From Neoechinorhynchus agilis (lineage: Eukaryota; Animalia; Acanthocephala), in assembly GCA_051530055.1 (NCBI GenBank), contig JBMGUZ010000080.1:1-10734 (forward strand): DNA of 10,734 nt, read 5' to 3'. This document shows positions 1 to 8,188 of the stretch, piece by piece (the stretch's first letter is position 1; every line of letters starts with the position of its first letter). Position numbers and translations under genes: made by a program. The notes beneath the pieces are model-generated. The model was not told where the DNA came from and did not search any database. It saw nothing but the letters and a program-made list of their open reading frames with translations.

Positions 1-1149
1 TTCATTTCGAGTTCGGATATCCGAGAGAAGATTGGGCAATAAGGAAAAAGGAGCGTAGGTCGAGGGAGGTGCGAGTACTGATAAATGAATGTGGCTATTT
101 ATTTCGGAGATGATTACGGGTCCGAGCGAGTGGGAAAGTTGTTTGGTTATTCGCGTCGAGGAGAGTTTGTGAAGTTGGGTCTTTCCTCAGGTTCATTTCG
201 AGTTCGGATATCCGAGAGAAGATTGGGCAATAAGAAAAAAAGGAGCGTAGGTCGAGGGAGGTGCGAGTACTGATAAATGAATGTGGCTATTTATTTCGGA
301 GATGATTACGGGTCCGAGCGAGTGGGAAAGTTGTTTGGTTATTCGCGTCGAGGAGAGTTTGTGAAGTTGGGTCTTTCCTCAGGTTCATTTCGAGTTCGGA
401 TATCCGAGAGAAGATTGGGCAATAAGAAAAAAAGGAGCGTAGGTCGAGGGAGGTGCGAGTACTGATAAATGAATGTGGCTATTTATTTCGGAGATGATTA
501 CGGGTCCGAGCGAGTGGGAAAGTTGTTTGGTTATTCGCGTCGAGGAGAGTTTGTGAAGTTGGGTCTTTCCTCAGGTTCATTTCGAGTTCGGATATCCGAG
601 AGAAGATTGGGCAATAAGAAAAAAGGAGCGGAGGTTGAGGGAGGTGCGAGTACTGATAAATGAATGTGGCTATTTATTTCGGAGATGATTACGGGTCCGA
701 GCGAGTGGGAAAGTTGTTTGGTTATTCGCGTCGAGGAGAGTTTGTGAAGTTGGGTCTTTCCTCAGGTTCATTTCGAGTTCGGATATCCGAGAGAAGATTG
801 GGCAATAAGAAAAAAAGGAGCGTAGGTCGAGGGAGGTGCGAGTACTGATAAATGAATGTGGCTATTTATTTCGGAGATGATTACGGGTCCGAGCGAGTGG
901 GAAAGTTGTTTGGTTATTCGCGTCGAGGAGAGTTTGTGAAGTTGGGTCTTTCCTCAGGTTCATTTCGAGTTCGGATATCCGAGAGAAGATTGGGCAATAA
1001 GAAAAAAAGGAGCGTAGGTCGAGGGAGGTGCGAGTACTGATAAATGAATGTGGCTATTTATTTCGGAGATGATTACGGGTCCGATCGGGTGGGAAAGTTG
1101 TTTGATTATTCGCGTCGAGGAGAGTTTGTGAAGTTGGGTATTTCGTCGG
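1..1149. repeat. Tandem satellite-like array, 191-192 bp unit, about 6 copies, truncated at the left window edge
   Basis: The unit start TTCATTTCGAG recurs at 1, 192, 384, 576, 767 and 959. Copies are near-identical. Copies 1 and 4 are 191 bp (A-run indel) and copy 4 has two extra substitutions. The last copy has substitutions at 1085, 1088, 1105 and 1140 and loses similarity near 1149. Each unit carries the 12-bp palindrome TCGGATATCCGA. Confidence 0.97.
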
Positions 1150-1459
1150 AAGGGGGAAAATCAACTGGATTCTCTTCGTGAAACGAATCAAGACGACGGA
1201 TTTATGATTGGAAAGGTTTTAAAAGACGGGATAACTGTTGGTGAGGGAGGTTGCCCGTGTGTTTCGACGAAAAATACGGTGGTTTTTTCTTTCGTCTCTT
1301 CCCATAAGTCGATCACTGAAATTGCGTATAATTGCTATTTATGTCTTTTTAGTAATGTTCCTGTGGTTGTTTTGTTTCGTCCGCTTTTTTTCTTTTTATT
1401 GATTTAATTTGCTGATCGAATGGCCCAAAAGTGAAAAGCGGAGCGATGCGGAAAAGCAA

Positions 1460-1642
1460 AAAAATGGAGGCTGGGACATTGATTTGATTCTTTTTTGTAT
1501 ATTTATTTGTTGATAGGAGAAAATGAAATTATCGGCGTATCGAACGTATTGCCATCGAATCCTTATAAATAGGTTCGAAACGTTCGAGGGCAATAAACCT
1601 GATTTCAAATTAAGGATGCGACTCCCACCGGATGTTATGTGA
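1460..1642 (+). mobile_element. Highly decayed 3' end of a Penelope-like element ORF (GIY-YIG endonuclease C-terminal region), copy B
   Basis: 1589-1633 aligns without gaps to 9882-9926 (36/45 nt). With frameshifts it reads EIIGVSN..RIAIESL..INRFETFEGNKPDFKLRMRLPPDVM*, versus EVLAKSD..RVTMEAIII*QTGTFVGNEADYKFSLRVPPD in copy A. The stop TGA is at 1640-1642, followed by a PLE-type hammerhead motif. Confidence 0.55.
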
Positions 1643-1647
1643 CGCGT

Positions 1648-1722
1648 GAATTGAGAATCCCTGTGTTTTAGATCGCTGAAGAAGATCCAAGATAGTGGAT
1701 CGAAATATCCAATTCTTAATTT
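1648..1722 (+). ncRNA. Minimal type I hammerhead ribozyme motif (Penelope pLTR class)
   Basis: CTGAAGA (1676-1682), extra A, stem II GATCCA/TGGATC (1684-1689/1696-1701), GAAA (1702-1705), palindromic stem III ATAT (1705-1708), cleavage triplet ATC ending at 1709. Stem I GATCG/CAATT has one mismatch. An alternative closing helix pairs 1649-1657 with 1713-1721. Confidence 0.65.
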
Positions 1723-1757
1723 CATTTATCTCTTTTTTGTATGTAAAAACTACATTA

Positions 1758-1877
1758 TGAGAAGAATAGATATTGATTTAGTGTTCAAGTACGAATAAAA
1801 CACTTGCAAATAACCTGAAGTCCGACGAAACAAACGAAATATTGGGAATTAACAAAAATCAATATCTATTCTTCTCA
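1758..1877. mobile_element. 120-bp MITE with 22-bp perfect terminal inverted repeats and a TTA target-site duplication (PIF/Harbinger-Tourist-like)
   Basis: TGAGAAGAATAGATATTGATTT (1758-1779) and its exact reverse complement (1856-1877), flanked by TTA at 1755-1757 and 1878-1880. The superfamily is inferred from the TSD only. Confidence 0.75.
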
Positions 1878-2067
1878 TTACCAAACGCCCCATTTAAAAA
1901 TCATTATTAGGAAATATTTCGAAAAAGGAAACGTCGTTTCTTTAATCATCTCAAAAATTTCGGTTCAGGTTCTTTTTTATGTTTTGTCTGATAGACTCGA
2001 GTTCTAACCTCACCACAAATCAAAAGTTAACATCCCGATGGATTTTCTCGATATGATTTATTGGTTA

Positions 2068-2254
2068 GGAATTATTGTTCAGGTCTACACCCGCGGTAAA
2101 TGATTATTTATTAAAGACGTTCTACGAACATCGTCGAGTTCATCATCAGTTTGTGTCTGTTACTAACAAACTGATGATGAACCCGACGAGGCTCCACTAA
2201 CGTTTTTAATCGAAATAATCATTTACCGCGGGTGTAGACCTGAACAATAATTCC
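2068..2254. mobile_element. 187-bp fold-back element (MITE-like), almost entirely self-complementary
   Basis: Perfect 42-bp terminal inverted repeat (2068-2109/2213-2254), a further ~12-bp arm, and an inner 24-bp stem with 1 mismatch (2131-2154/2166-2189). No TSD seen. Confidence 0.65.
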
Positions 2255-2383
2255 ATTGATTTTCGTTATGGGCGTGAGAAACCTCTAAGTGCGATTCGGA
2301 TGCGTTTCTAATGATAGTTCACCCCACCCCGTAGTTCCTGCACTCAAATATTCTAATTAAAAGCGCTTCTTTTTTTAGAGAAG

Positions 2384-3386
2384 ATGACTGTAACCAATGA
2401 TCGCACTAAGAAGGAGTCCGTACTCGAACGAATGTTCCCGAATGGTTGCGTTAAAGTTCGCTCCAAGTGTGATATTCGGTCTGACGGTCGTAAACTAAAT
2501 GAGACTCGTTTGCTTGAAATTAAAATCGATACTCTAAAATGCCCACTGGTAGGATCAAGTTTGGTTGTGTTGGGAGGAACAGTGGTTAGCTGTGTCGTAA
2601 AACCTATGATATACATGAATCCACCAACGGACGATCTTGTCGTGATCGAAGTGGACAACACAACGATGACTTCTTTCCCCTACGCAAAAATCGATCGTTA
2701 CAAAAGTTCACTGATTGGTGACGGTCGGCCGAATGCGCTCGCCCGGATAGAATACGTCCTTCGGGAACTATTCGGTCATTCAATTAAGACAGAAGATTTG
2801 GCAATTGTGGGCGGAATGGCCTACTGGAGACTTGTAGTAAGTGTCGTTTGTGTAAAGGACGGCGGTAATCTAAACTATCAAAGGTTTCATGGGATTTGGC
2901 GAATCATGAGACATTTGAAATGTAATGGACGCCAGTGTTTTAGCCTGTTCGGCAGCCTTATTGTCGACCAAGCTTCCTCCGGTAACTTTTGAACCAAATG
3001 CTCATTTCAAAAAGGACGTGACTAATGCTTCGGCGGGAATCGAGCATCTTCAGTTTATACCCAAGGTGAACCTGAATGGTCCAAGGACACACATAAAAAC
3101 TAAACGTAATGCGGTCAGTGTTACTTTTAAGGTCATTGAAGGTTCGTTTTTCGTTGATCCAAATCGTAGAGAAGAGCTCATGGAGACTGAACAAAGTGCA
3201 TCGTTAAATGTGTGCTTCAACGATGATCTCGAAATCGTTATGGTGAATCAGTTCGGCGCTTGTTTCACTATGGACGAAAGCGGCTGCTCAACGAAACTTC
3301 GACTGGCAATTGAGGACGGGAAAAAGATCGCGAAAGGGTTTTTCAATGCACTAAACCGAACTAGTGCTGATTCACTTAATGACTGA
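2384..3386 (+). CDS. RNA exosome core subunit, RNase PH-ring family (Rrp42/Rrp43/Rrp45 group; Rrp43/EXOSC8 slightly favoured), ~316 aa, two coding segments separated by a 52-nt interruption
   Basis: Motifs RSDGRKLNETR, GSSLVVLGGTVVSCVVK, EDLAI..G..YWRLVVSVVCVKDGGNL, (M)DASVLACSAAL..TKLPPV and FFVDPNRREE match the RNase PH fold. ORFs 2384-2992 and 2925-3386 are in different frames, and removing 52 nt joins them. The paralogue cannot be fixed without a tree. Confidence 0.88.
2865..2935 (+). other. 52-nt intron or insertion with ambiguous boundaries and an internal hairpin
   Basis: Possible junctions: 2884-2935 (GT..AG, gives GGNLNYQSV); 2873-2924 (non-canonical, gives GGNLMDASV); 2865-2916 (GT..TT, gives GGNVMDASV). 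2865-2910 (GT..AG, 46 nt) leaves an in-frame TGA. A hairpin spans 2879-2917. Confidence 0.7.
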
Positions 3387-4066
3387 AATGTTTCAAAGTA
3401 TATTACTTTCGTTAGGTATGTCTTTAAGATGTCAAAAATAGAATTTCTTCGCCTTCCAGCAGTGTAATCGGAAATTCGCTAGAACAACACTTATTCATCA
3501 GTCGCACAACCTTAGTTAAAACTTGTTCTCAACTGCTCTATTTGTTTGAACCAAGGTAAAGCGAGCACATGAAGCTGTTTAGACTTGCAACAATTAAAAT
3601 CAAATAAAGAAACACATTTTTGATTCGGGGATCATTGTTTTTGACCACACTTTATCCGTGATTATTTTTAAGCATGGACTCCAGACCAAATTGAATAGTA
3701 AATCTTTTTCAGTGGTCTTTCAAGTCTTTTCAAGATTCGCCGGTGTAAAAAGTTAATTGTTTAGATTGAATGTTTCTTGCGAAAAATTTTAAGATCTCGG
3801 CACAATCTTGTGCCTTTATCCAAAGCATTGGCTGAAGACGAGAGGTTACCTCGCGAAATATTGATTCTGTGTCACTGAAATGCCTAGAGAAACTGATCGA
3901 TATCGCTGCTATCTTCTTTTTCGGCTAAACGAGTTGGAAACGAACTTTTATATGTGGTACACACGGATAGAGACAAAGACTTTTTATGACACAGAGTCAT
4001 GAGCATATAAACGAAAACATAAACTCACTACATCCGTTGCACTCGTTCAACGAACTTTTTTAAACG

Positions 4067-4252
4067 ATGCGAGGAAACGGATTGGATACAAACACACTTC
4101 TTCTTGTGTTAGTGGCTCTTCTACTGCCGCCAATTGCTGTTTTTATGGTCGAAGGTGGATGCACTGGACAAGTCTGGATCAATGTACTGCTGACGTTCTT
4201 TGGTTTTTTGCCAGGACTGATCCATGCTCTCTTTATCATTTTCAACGGTTGA
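4067..4252 (+). CDS. PMP3: Pmp3/UPF0057 plasma-membrane proteolipid, 61 aa, intronless
   Basis: Family pattern LLVLVALLLPPIAVF..GGC..QVWINVLLTFFGFLPGLIHALFII with two hydrophobic segments. The symbol is family-level only. Confidence 0.93.
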   Translation: MRGNGLDTNTLLLVLVALLLPPIAVFMVEGGCTGQVWINVLLTFFGFLPGLIHALFIIFNG

Positions 4253-4257
4253 ATAAA
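4252..4257 (+). promoter_or_regulatory. Candidate polyadenylation signal overlapping the Pmp3 stop codon
   Basis: TGAATAAA: AATAAA shares the A of the TGA stop. Confidence 0.45.
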
Positions 4258-4919
4258 TTACTATTTGTGCCAAGAAAAAGGCTTTTACAATGCTAAAAAT
4301 TCTATGAATCTGTTGTTATTTAATAGCATCTAAGGAAAGTCCATATTTGTACAAAGAAAATAGACCCCTCTGATGTGATCTTGCATATTTGCCTCAAGAT
4401 TTGTTCGATAGTATAGATTCACATTATTATTTGACTCATCGCCACTAACCTTCCAATCGCCTTTACTGCGAAACTGCCGATGTACTGGATTTTTGTTTCA
4501 AGTTTTAATTGAACTATTATCAATTTGGAAAGCGTAATGTTTAAAGAAACACGAAAAATGGGCTCGATCTTAGAATTTGAAAGGTATTCTACAAGACGAA
4601 TTCGTTAACACAAAAGTGTTACCAACACTAAAAACGATATCTTGATGACAATTGCATTTATTTGATTGATATTTAAGAACAATTATTTAAATGAGTATGG
4701 CGACGAATTGATTACGATCATAAGCTCATTGGATTGTGGACCCAAAAACCCTGTTTCTTGTTCGAATTGATGATATGTTAAAATAAAAGATTAAATCACG
4801 AAATCGCAAGAAACGAATTAATTCCAAAAGGTTCTAAACGCTAAAAGTGGATTTTCCGAATAGCGTTCGGTAAAAGCGTCGAGCCAAAGTCTTATGTACC
4901 CAGCATTTGTCTTTCAATG

Positions 4920-4925
4920 TTTATT
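4920..4925 (-). promoter_or_regulatory. Candidate polyadenylation signal for the prodomain gene
   Basis: AATAAA on the minus strand about 170 nt downstream of the TAG at 5098-5100. Confidence 0.35.
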
Positions 4926-5097
4926 GTAGCAATTCTATAGACTGTTTTTTTTCGTTTGTTTATCAAGTAATACCCCAGCTTATTTTTTTTTGCATTCATG
5001 CCCCTAACCCGAACCTTCGCCAACACAGAAGTTTGCCGTCACTAGTATATTAAAAACTATTTCCATTCATCTTTTGATGAACGAAAGGCCTTAGCAA

Positions 5098-5532
5098 CTA
5101 TTCTCGATAGCGATAGAACTTCTTACGCTTATCTCGAACAGCAAAATCCCCTTTGAAGACTTCCCTGATCTGAAGAATCGAATTTAAGTAAAGTTTTAAA
5201 GTTTAAATACACTTACAGAAGGCTCACATTGCAAGTTTCTCAATGCAGTATTCGCAATGATGAACCCGACTTCATCGGCTGGCCCGTTCAGCATTTTTCT
5301 AAAGTACCAATACCCGTCCGATGGTACCTGGATTTCAAGTAAGTCCAATAGCGAAGTCAATTTAACTTACGTTTCCAAACTCAATAAAGGAATATCGTTT
5401 TTGTAGATCGATTGCAACTTTTTTTTCGTCCACTCCTTTGTTGAACCAAACGCAAAAGTCAACAAATCCATCATCTGGGCCCAGTGGAATGGCGGAGGCT
5501 ACGAAGAAAAGAAAAACGAACAAGAAAAGCAT
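5098..5532 (-). CDS. Secreted stand-alone proprotein convertase (furin/PC2/kexin-type, S8 pro-domain) prodomain protein, 114 aa, 3 exons: 5532-5371, 5327-5217, 5169-5098
   Basis: Two phase-0 introns with strong sites (GTAAGT..CCAG, 43 nt; GTAAGT..TTCAG, 47 nt) give MLFLFVFLFFVASAIPLGPDDGFVDFCVWFNKGVDEKKVAIDLQKRYSFIEFGNVPSDGYWYFRKMLNGPADEVGFIIANTALRNLQCEPSIREVFKGDFAVRDKRKKFYRYRE*. It has a hydrophobic signal peptide ending ASA. LQCEPSI...RDKR has the same 21-residue spacing as PC2 LERDPRV...RKKR. Only exon 1 appears in the ORF track. Confidence 0.8.
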
Positions 5533-5858
5533 CGCACTTTGATTAACGTAGAGCGTAACTATTTCTAACTCTAGTAGGTGTATTCTTGTTTTCAAATTGA
5601 CTTGTTTAGTAGCAAACTAGTTGTCGAAAATCGTTACCTCATCTGTGAGCACAAAATATTTTTTGAAATTAATAAGTGAGTTTTGAAGTGCCTTGGAATG
5701 TTCCTAATATGCTTGCTGAAACGATATTGCTGCCTATTCTGAACATTTGGGTTCACTAGAGAAACGATATTATTTTTAAAAACATCGAAATTCAATTCTT
5801 TAACAATATGCCAAAAAAGACATGGCAATTTTTTGAACAAATCATCTTCCTTTTTAAA

Positions 5859-6867
5859 TTAGAAAGCATCATCCAGTGAACCGATACCTTCTCTCAACTT
5901 GCGTTCGATTTTCTTTAAAACATTGGACAAAATAAAACTAACTATGTCGGGGACACCACCACGATTGTCGTGTTTCCTATCACCGATTTTCCTATGTAAG
6001 TTATCTATAAAGCTTATAAGCTCCTCATCATTACCATTTGGCTGCTTTTTTTGAAAACATTCTATCACATTCACATCAATAACAAAAGAAGACTCTAAAG
6101 ACCTTCCTGTCCTACCCACCACGTCCTCCTTTACCATTTCAGGGGCAACAGGTTTGCCAAACTGGTATTCTTGGGGAGCAAAAGACGATTTATCCACAAT
6201 GCTCGTTTTCATTGAATCTGCAGTCGAAGGTTTCTTTAAACGGTTCACGGTATTGTCGATGTGGTAACGATTTTCTCTAATGTAGCTGTGAACCTGTGTA
6301 TTGAGCTCAATAAAGTTCCTATTTTTATATTCACTTAATTGATCGCTTAAATATTCATCGGTGACTAATTCAATATTCGAGAGTTCTCTTCGGGGAAGTT
6401 GCGACATAACGGAATCTATGCGTTCACCTGTTACCTTCGTCATTTTCTGCAGCGAATGAAGATCTCGACTTTGGAATGGGACGAAACATCTCCTTAGTCT
6501 AGTAAAAGTTTCATCAGGAATTCGATCGCCTTTTTTACGCAGCTCATTTTTATTGTTTGTTTGTATCCTGCATGGATCATTTAATGTACTCAAATAATGA
6601 GTAGTCAGAATTTTGGCTGTGGATTTATGAAGTTCGTTCATCAAAAACTTCTTTTTCCTCTCGGTGATCCGATGCGGCACGCTGAACTTCCTATCACGGT
6701 TTCGTCCTCTGGCTCTATCACCCAGTTTTTCAAGGATGCCTAAATATTTTTATTAGGCAAGTTGAAAATTCTATAATGTATCCTGAGAAAGGTTTTAACA
6801 TTTTATCGTTAGCCTAAGCGTTGTGCAGTCGAACTCACAAGTTACCTTTTAGATTAAAATGCATCAT
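5859..6867 (-). CDS. Hypothetical/orphan protein, ~300 aa, 2 exons (6867-6846, 6739-5859), basic N-terminus
   Basis: The 273-codon open frame extends upstream to an acceptor (TTTAG, 6740). A phase-1 donor (AAG/GTAACT at 6845) joins an ATG-ATG exon in frame (MMHFNLKGILEKLGDRARGRNRDRKF...). No family recognised. Confidence 0.7.
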
Positions 6868-6939
6868 TTGTTATCTGACTATAATAATCGTTCCTGAAAT
6901 CAGAAAAAGCGCAAGATACAAGTTTGGTAAGATCTTAAC

Positions 6940-7085
6940 TGGTTGTTTTATGGCGAAGACATTGAAATGATTTTATTTTAAATCCTTTTGATCAAGGTTT
7001 CTTATAAAGGTGTACAAGATTGTGCCTCCGAAAACAATTGAATTTAAAATAAAACCATTTTAATTTCTTCGCTATAAAACAACCA
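6940..7085. mobile_element. MITE-like element with ~45-bp imperfect terminal inverted repeats; same family as 7500-7678
   Basis: GGTTGTTTTATGGCGAAGACATTGAAATGATTTTATTTTAAATCC versus the reverse complement of the right end, about 5 mismatches. The internal segments CCTTTTGATCAAGGTT and GTACAAGATT..GCCTCCGAAA are shared with the second copy. AAGATCTTAA occurs at 6929-6938 and 7110-7119. Confidence 0.7.
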
Positions 7086-7499
7086 ATATGAACAGTTCAA
7101 CCTTCAAACAAGATCTTAAGTATTGACAGATCCAATGATTAATTGTTTACACGGAGATAATATGAAGCGCAATTTTCTAAAATGGAAACTAGAGAAATAA
7201 AAATATTTGGCTCTATTAACACTTATTGTTGAGCAACCCGTTAAATTTTTTATCGGTTCTTCGCAAATTAAAATATTGTGATAAAAATTCATAAGGTCTT
7301 ACTTGAATGGCAGAAATATTTCATTTAACAACCACCTACAAAGTAATCTATTAAATTGTTTTAATTAGTTATTTGAATGAACTTCATGTAGCCGTGGAAA
7401 CAGCAGTACATTCGTTTAAGGAAACGATATCGAGTAGAGCTTCAGTTTTGACAATTGAGGCAAGAGTGTTTACTGAGTAAATATGTTTGAAGATTGAAC

Positions 7500-7678
7500 G
7501 CAAAGAAATTGAAATGATTTTATTTTAAATCCGATTGTTTTCGGAGGCACAATCAAGGTTGTTTCGCAAAAACTAACAAATTTGCGAAACAACCTTGATC
7601 AAAAGGCGTACAAGATTACGCCTCCGAAATATCGGATTTTAAAATAAAATCATTTCAATTTCTTTGCCATAAAACAAC
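7500..7678. mobile_element. Second copy of the fold-back family, with a perfect inner 19-bp hairpin
   Basis: Outer arms 7500-7535/7631-7667 (one indel), arm TTTCGGAGGC/GCCTCCGAAA, inner perfect stem 7552-7570/7581-7599. The right end continues CATAAAACAAC as in copy 1; the left terminus is truncated. Confidence 0.75.
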
Positions 7679-8188
7679 AGAGTAAACAGCTGATAGTCTT
7701 TCAAATATTTATCAGTTTAGCCATAATATTGATTTTACATTTTGGTCAGGGATGAAATACGTTTTAATAGAAGAAATATTGCTGGGTGCACTTGTGAGTA
7801 GGTAGCATCATTGCTCTACAAAAGGGGAAAATATTATTAGTGTTTTTGCAAACGCTGCTCTGCAACATTAATGGACTTCTCTCTTATTCTTGACATTGTG
7901 GGAAAAACATTTCGCTTACTCTAGGCAATGAACACTCCTGAAAATCCTAACGTTTTGGCTTTTGCGATTGTTATAAAGTTTTTAAAAATTGCAGCGCAAA
8001 TGTCAAGCTCACATTTTCAAATGACCGATTTCCTTTTCGGACCAAATAATATCCAGAATCTCCCTTACGTACTGCTGAAAGCGTTGAGAATGGTTTATAA
8101 CTATATCCGAGTCTGAGTGATTCTTAAGAAGTCATATAACGAATTCGCTCAACACTACTGTTCATAAGTACAATATCGTTTCTTTAAG

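Noticed and set aside
192-383. Alternative genetic code (TAA=Gln) opening a minus-strand repeat protein
   Set aside because: All Gln codons in the recognisable genes are CAA/CAG with no in-frame TAR, and two predicted genes end in TAA or TAG.
85-1040. Five repeated 62-64 aa ORFs (MNVAIYFGDD...)
   Set aside because: They are by-products of the tandem unit. An A-run indel shifts the frame in copy 4, the last copy truncates, and no domain is recognisable.
1-1149. CRISPR array, SL/5S RNA repeat, or hammerhead retrozyme (CTGAGGA on the minus strand)
   Set aside because: No variable spacers, no recognisable SL or 5S sequence, and no stem II, GAAA or NUH in hammerhead geometry.
1396-1725. Minus-strand 109-aa ORF with the RT-like motif YVRYADNF
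   Set aside because: It lacks the second Asp and other RT motifs, and it is antisense to the PLE remnant and hammerhead that explain the region.
1814-1832. CTGAAGTCCGACGAAAC hammerhead-like core inside the 120-bp MITE
   Set aside because: Two core nucleotides are missing and no NUH site or stem I follows.
2353-3194. Antisense ORFs 2353-2661 and 2958-3194 (also 4060-4245, 5634-5840, 8701-8971, 9277-9462)
   Set aside because: They are antisense or off-frame to real genes, or short and featureless.
3730-3925. Minus-strand open frame of ~65 codons after a TTTAG
   Set aside because: No in-phase upstream exon was found and nothing is recognisable.
7370-8120. Exon-like stretches and ORF 7928-8116
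   Set aside because: No consistent ATG-to-stop spliced model could be built on either strand.
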